From contig CAVNZM010000012.1 in assembly GCA_963693365.1 (NCBI GenBank), positions 2,728,001 to 2,792,000 of the forward strand: a DNA stretch of 64,000 nt, given 5' to 3'. Source of the DNA: Amoebidium appalachense. Taxonomy: Eukaryota > Protista > Ichthyosporea. Of the stretch, positions 54,703 to 64,000 are shown one piece after another. Position 1 is the stretch's first letter; every line of letters begins with the position of its first letter. The notes beneath the pieces are model-generated. The model worked only from the letters and a program-made list of their open reading frames with translations. It was not told the DNA's origin and made no database searches. The position numbers were made by a program, and so were the translations under genes.

Positions 54703-56731
54703 TTACGGGAAACCGGAGTTGAAGTTGGGTGCGTTGGCACCAAAAGCGCAGATCAAGCCGGCGACGGTTCCGGCAAAAGGCAGAGTGAAGAGCCAACCAA
54801 ACAGACAAATGCAAACCATCTTCCAGTTGATGGCCTTTGCATCGCCATTGCACAGACCAACTGCAGCCGTGGCACCTGTGATGCAGTGGGTGGTGGATAC
54901 GGGCAGGCCGAGGTAGGACGCAGTCAGCACCGTAACCATGGCACCGAGTTCCATGGAGAAACCGCGTGAGGGCGAGTGGTAGGTGATGTTGTTGCCCAGA
55001 GAGCGCATGATGTGGTAGCCGTAAAGCATGAGCCCGACATTGATACCGGCACCACCATATGCAAGCATCCATGTGGGCACAGGGGCACCCTTGGTGGCAA
55101 CAGAACCATTTTCGTAGATGTAGTAAATGGCTGCAAGGGGGGCAATGGCGTTACCGACGTCATTTGCACCGTGGGAGAACGAAGCCATTGCAGAGGTAAA
55201 GACCTGCAGCCACTGGAACACACGCTCCGTCTTAGGGTCGTACTTGGACGCACGTGCGTGAATGTCTGCCACCTCGGCAGAATTGTGATTGCGCACCTCC
55301 TGGTTCACCCCGTGAAGAATGGTCTTGTTTGCCCAGTACTTCAGGAACCCGGCCTTGTCGTTCGACCATGCAGGTGTTTGGCCCTGTGTCGATGATTCCT
55401 CACCACTATGGCTGCCACTGATATCAAGAGCAATACCGTCTGGGTTAACACTTTTATCCTTGCCATTAACGCCGTTGGTGTTAACAGTGCTAGCAGCCGC
55501 CTCGGCATCGGCACGTGCAGCCTCCCGTTCGGCGATGCGTTTTTCTGTGCGCTTGAAGTATGGGATGATCACAAACAGACCAACGAGCCCAGCGACAGCC
55601 ACACCACCGAGAATAATGGCCAACTGCACACCAATGGGCTTCTGGTCGAGCTTGAGTGACGGGGTGCCCTTCTTGACCCAGAAGGCCATGACCAGGGCTG
55701 CAGTGCCCATGCCGTAGATGGGCGTGGTGTAGAGGGCACGCTTGTATGAGTTGGGGCTCTCGAGAACCAAATACTTGGTGAGGAGGAAAATAATCGCACC
55801 AAACACACCTGCAATGGCTGGCGAGATGGCAAACGAGGCCAACACCTTGCCTACGCCGTCATAACTCCAGTTGATGGCACCAATACCAAATGCAGCCACA
55901 CCAACACCCATAACGGCACCGACAATAGAGTGTGTGGTAGAGACGGGCATGGCCAGCCGAGTGGCCACCATCACCCAACTGGTGCTACCAATCATAGCAC
56001 ACAACATGCTGAACATGAGAAGATCGGGGCGCGGATTATACTGTTTCATGTTGATGATGTCACCACCAATGGTCTTGGCCGTGTTTGCACCCAGGGCAAT
56101 AGCACCGAGAAACTCAGTGAAGAGGGCGATGCAGCAGGCCTGACGGAGGGTGAGAGTCCCTGCACCCACGGCGGTGGCAAACGAGTTGGCAACCTGCGAC
56201 GGGCGATAACTGTGTTAGCACTTAATACTGTTTGACGTATGCTAATAAATGCGTCTGCATTCATAAATAAGTGAAAGTTTCAAGAAAAGCGCACAGCTGC
56301 AGTGCTTGCTGTTAAGTTCATGATCACATACGTACTTTGCACCATCATGGAGATGCGGTCACGCAATTATTATGCCCTTTGCACTCATGGCTGTATTCAC
56401 TCAAAGGACTGTTATTATAACGCAATTTCAATGACACGTTGAACCATGCATACACTGGTATTTCCGAAGAGGCAGGCAGGGTTCGCGCACAAACAGATAC
56501 ACAATATTGAAACCTAGTGTGGAAAGTTTTGACCTGGAGGTGCAAAATAGAATAATAAGGTCCTAAGCATGGTGTTGTTCAAACGTGGCAACTTACATCG
56601 TTAGCACCAATGGAGAAGGCGTCCAGGAACGACACGATCATGGACGTAGCAAAAATCCACACCAGCGAGTGTGGGGGCATTGTCACCGTGCCGCTCACGG
56701 AGCGAAGGTCGATGATCATGAGGTGCTCCAT
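54703..56731 (-). CDS. PiT/PHO4-family (Pho89/SLC20-like) phosphate transporter, copy B, 2 exons (~541 aa)
   Basis: Exon 1 is 56731-56597 (MEHLM...IGAND). The intron 56596-56194 runs GTAAGT...CAG with a GCTAAC branch site. Exon 2 is 56193-54703. Same motifs as copy A. Confidence 0.94.
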
Positions 56732-58443
56732 TTTTCAGCGCTCAAAAAATATGCAGCTAGGCCCGGGATCCAGATTCTCAGCTCACTACGGTTATGCAGC
56801 TATGTAGTTTTTCACCCACTCAAGTTTACAGTGGATGCGAAGCGGGGGAGTTGGCAGATGTGTTGTTGCCGAGTTCCGGAGCGAATATCGAATGTTCATT
56901 CAATCCTGGGAGACTGACATTTGTTTACCTTCGAGCTGGGTTTTTATAGTTGCGTGATTGTTGAGGCTAGATCTTGCCGAAGTTCCCTTTTCATGTGAAG
57001 TTATCTTTAAGTTATCCCAACGATTCACAAATTCCTATCGCTATCTTATCCTTTTCTACAAATTTACATCATCTGTATGGTCAATATTTCTTCAAAAAAG
57101 GTTATAAAGTTCAATGATTTGTTAGGGACGGTAACATAATACCACCGTGATAATAATTTTTCCTATTACAAATAGGTTTGCAAATGATCGTCTAATTAAG
57201 AAAAAAAGAAATCTACTGAAAAATTTAGGCATGTTGTTTTGCCGGATATCTGAGCATTCCCCAAATACCTAGCATAACCAATCGCAGGCTACCCTCGCAC
57301 AAAGCGAAAAGGTAGCCAATCACAGAATACTTAATCTGCACGTTGTAGATCTTGAATTCCGATTGGGCATTCGGGTTAAATTGGGCCATTGTATATTGTC
57401 GGAACAAATTACCGCAATGCTGTAATACGTGCAGTTTGCCATTTAAAAAAAAAAGGTTTAATAGCGTCTCTGTCAATGATAGCTTGTATGTGAGCTATGT
57501 GCACGCAGTGTCCTACACGAAAGCTTTCAATCGTTATCGACAAACGGGAGTCAACACTGCGAGATAATGCTGGTCCCGGCAGCTGGATCACGTACGCGAT
57601 TGCATATTGCATCTTGTGCGTGGACCCAATGGCTATTGGCCAGCCCTGCCCGCTACATAGGCTGACCTCATGATGTGTACGGGAGGCGTCGGGAGCCTAC
57701 TTGCAGATAACTCAAACAAAAACCGTCTGTAAAATCCTCCATTTGTTTATTTCAACATGCAGTATAAACCATATTTTTCTTCTTTTATTACTAAATACAC
57801 TAAGATCAGCGAAATCTAGCGTAGAAAAATCGCAACATGGACACATGCATCAAGGTGTGACCAACAATTTTGAATGGTCACACAGGCTTTTTCTGAAACA
57901 AATCCAGGCCGATGGCGTGACGTCACATTTTTTGTTGGGTCACGTCTGCTCACGTCCTGGCCCACATAAGCTCTGCACACATGCAATGCCATGCAGATAT
58001 CCACGTGTGCGCATGTGTGCGCTAAGTCGAAGCTGGCAGGTTAGATGTAAACAAAACAACTTATTTTAGCGTACCAGATTCATGTATAGAGACTCAAGAG
58101 ATAATTAGTAGGCCGGGGTCAATGATGGCATAAATGCATACAATTTTCAATATATCATAAAGTTATATATATATTGCATTTCTGACTGAATGAACGTTTG
58201 ACATTATGGTAGCTTCGACTCAGTTGCGAAGAAAGCCAGGGCAGTCATGCATATCGCCCTGGCTTTCTCTGCATAATTTTGTTTTTACCGTGCCAGTATT
58301 CTCAGTCAGTCTTCGAAAACAATGGTTCGGTAGCGTCTTTGATATTAAAAATGATTCTGTTAACGTTTGGCAAATTGAACTTCTTCTCCTACAGCACGCC
58401 CCGGGAGCTCGGGGTGACGAGGGTGTGTGTGTGTGTGTGTGTG

Positions 58444-58479
<36 letters not shown>

Positions 58480-58650
58480 GAGGATGGGGGGGGGACTCCG
58501 AAGGGGGGGGGGGGGGGAGAGAGAGAGAGAGAGCCTCGGGGGGGGGGGGGGGGGGAGGTCTAGAGAGAGAGAGAGAGAGATAAAGACCTAGAGAGAGAGA
58601 CAGAGAGCCTCGGAGGGGGGGGAGGGGGGGGGGGGGGGGAGAGAGCCTTG

Positions 58651-58763
<113 letters not shown>

Positions 58764-59291
58764 CCGATTATTTTTGTGTAGTGGGGTTCCCAAAGAAGGA
58801 TTCAGAGACCGTGATCACACGACCGTGGCATTTTTAGATACTTAATTAATCAAAATTTTATTTAACCTTTTACAAACTGGCTGGAAACCAGAAAAAACTT
58901 AATTCCCTTCGAATCAGATAACAGTGTGCATGCAGCTTTCAAGTGGCTGCACCATGTGTTTAGCACTTGTTAAGTAGATGGTATATACCTTGATAATAAT
59001 TGTGAGCAGATATACCAAGTAAATTACGTCACTGATGTCAAGTAGATATACTACGTGAGTTGAACATTAGAACCGGATATATCACGTAGATTATATTTGC
59101 CAACCAGATACAATATGAAGTAGATATAGCAAGTAAATTGCACGTATCCTGTAATATATACCAGGCAAACAAAATGCCAATGGCAGCGTAACAGCGCAAC
59201 ATATTAATTATATCTACGTATGTGCTAATTAGGGGTGTTATTATAGAATGCCGTGCATTTCAGCATCAGGAGCCAAAAATGACTCAAGATA

Positions 59292-64000
<4,709 letters not shown>

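Noticed and set aside
57225-58400. Possible minus-strand gene ending ...LVMLGIWGMLRYPAKQHA*
   Set aside because: I could not link candidate exons into a stop-free model or recognise any domain.

Overview
Eukaryotic genomic DNA with spliceosomal introns packed with (CA)n/(TG)n, (GA)n and poly-C/poly-G tracts. Most short ORFs in the supplied track are translations of these repeats. The gene content (WHEP-type HisRS, PDK1 with a C-terminal PH domain, Ca-binding EGF domains) suggests a holozoan or other opisthokont protist; this is inference only. Host genes reconstructed by hand: (1) a ~3,230-aa secreted adhesin-like protein with ~25 SdrD-B/CnaB-type repeats, EGF domains and a C-terminal lectin-like region (minus, 9 exons); (2) an OTU deubiquitinase; (3) a METTL21/VCPKMT-like lysine methyltransferase (4 exons); (4) histidyl-tRNA synthetase (14 exons); (5) two tandem PiT/Pho89-family phosphate transporters; (6) the 3' part of PDK1. 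Mobile and other DNA: an internally deleted chromodomain Ty3/gypsy element with one LTR; a 5'-truncated Penelope-like reverse transcriptase in HisRS intron 1; a MITE; an orphan CCHC zinc-knuckle ORF; and an intronic tRNA-Gly(GCC). The best candidate for an undescribed system is the Penelope-like RT and what follows it. Two diverged ~115-nt RNA motifs downstream show compensatory base-pair changes, and the element's 3' terminus recurs as short insertions, mostly abutting (C)n tracts, in other introns. Four single-base frame or splice anomalies all sit in short homopolymers and are most likely long-read errors, so homopolymer lengths should not be trusted.
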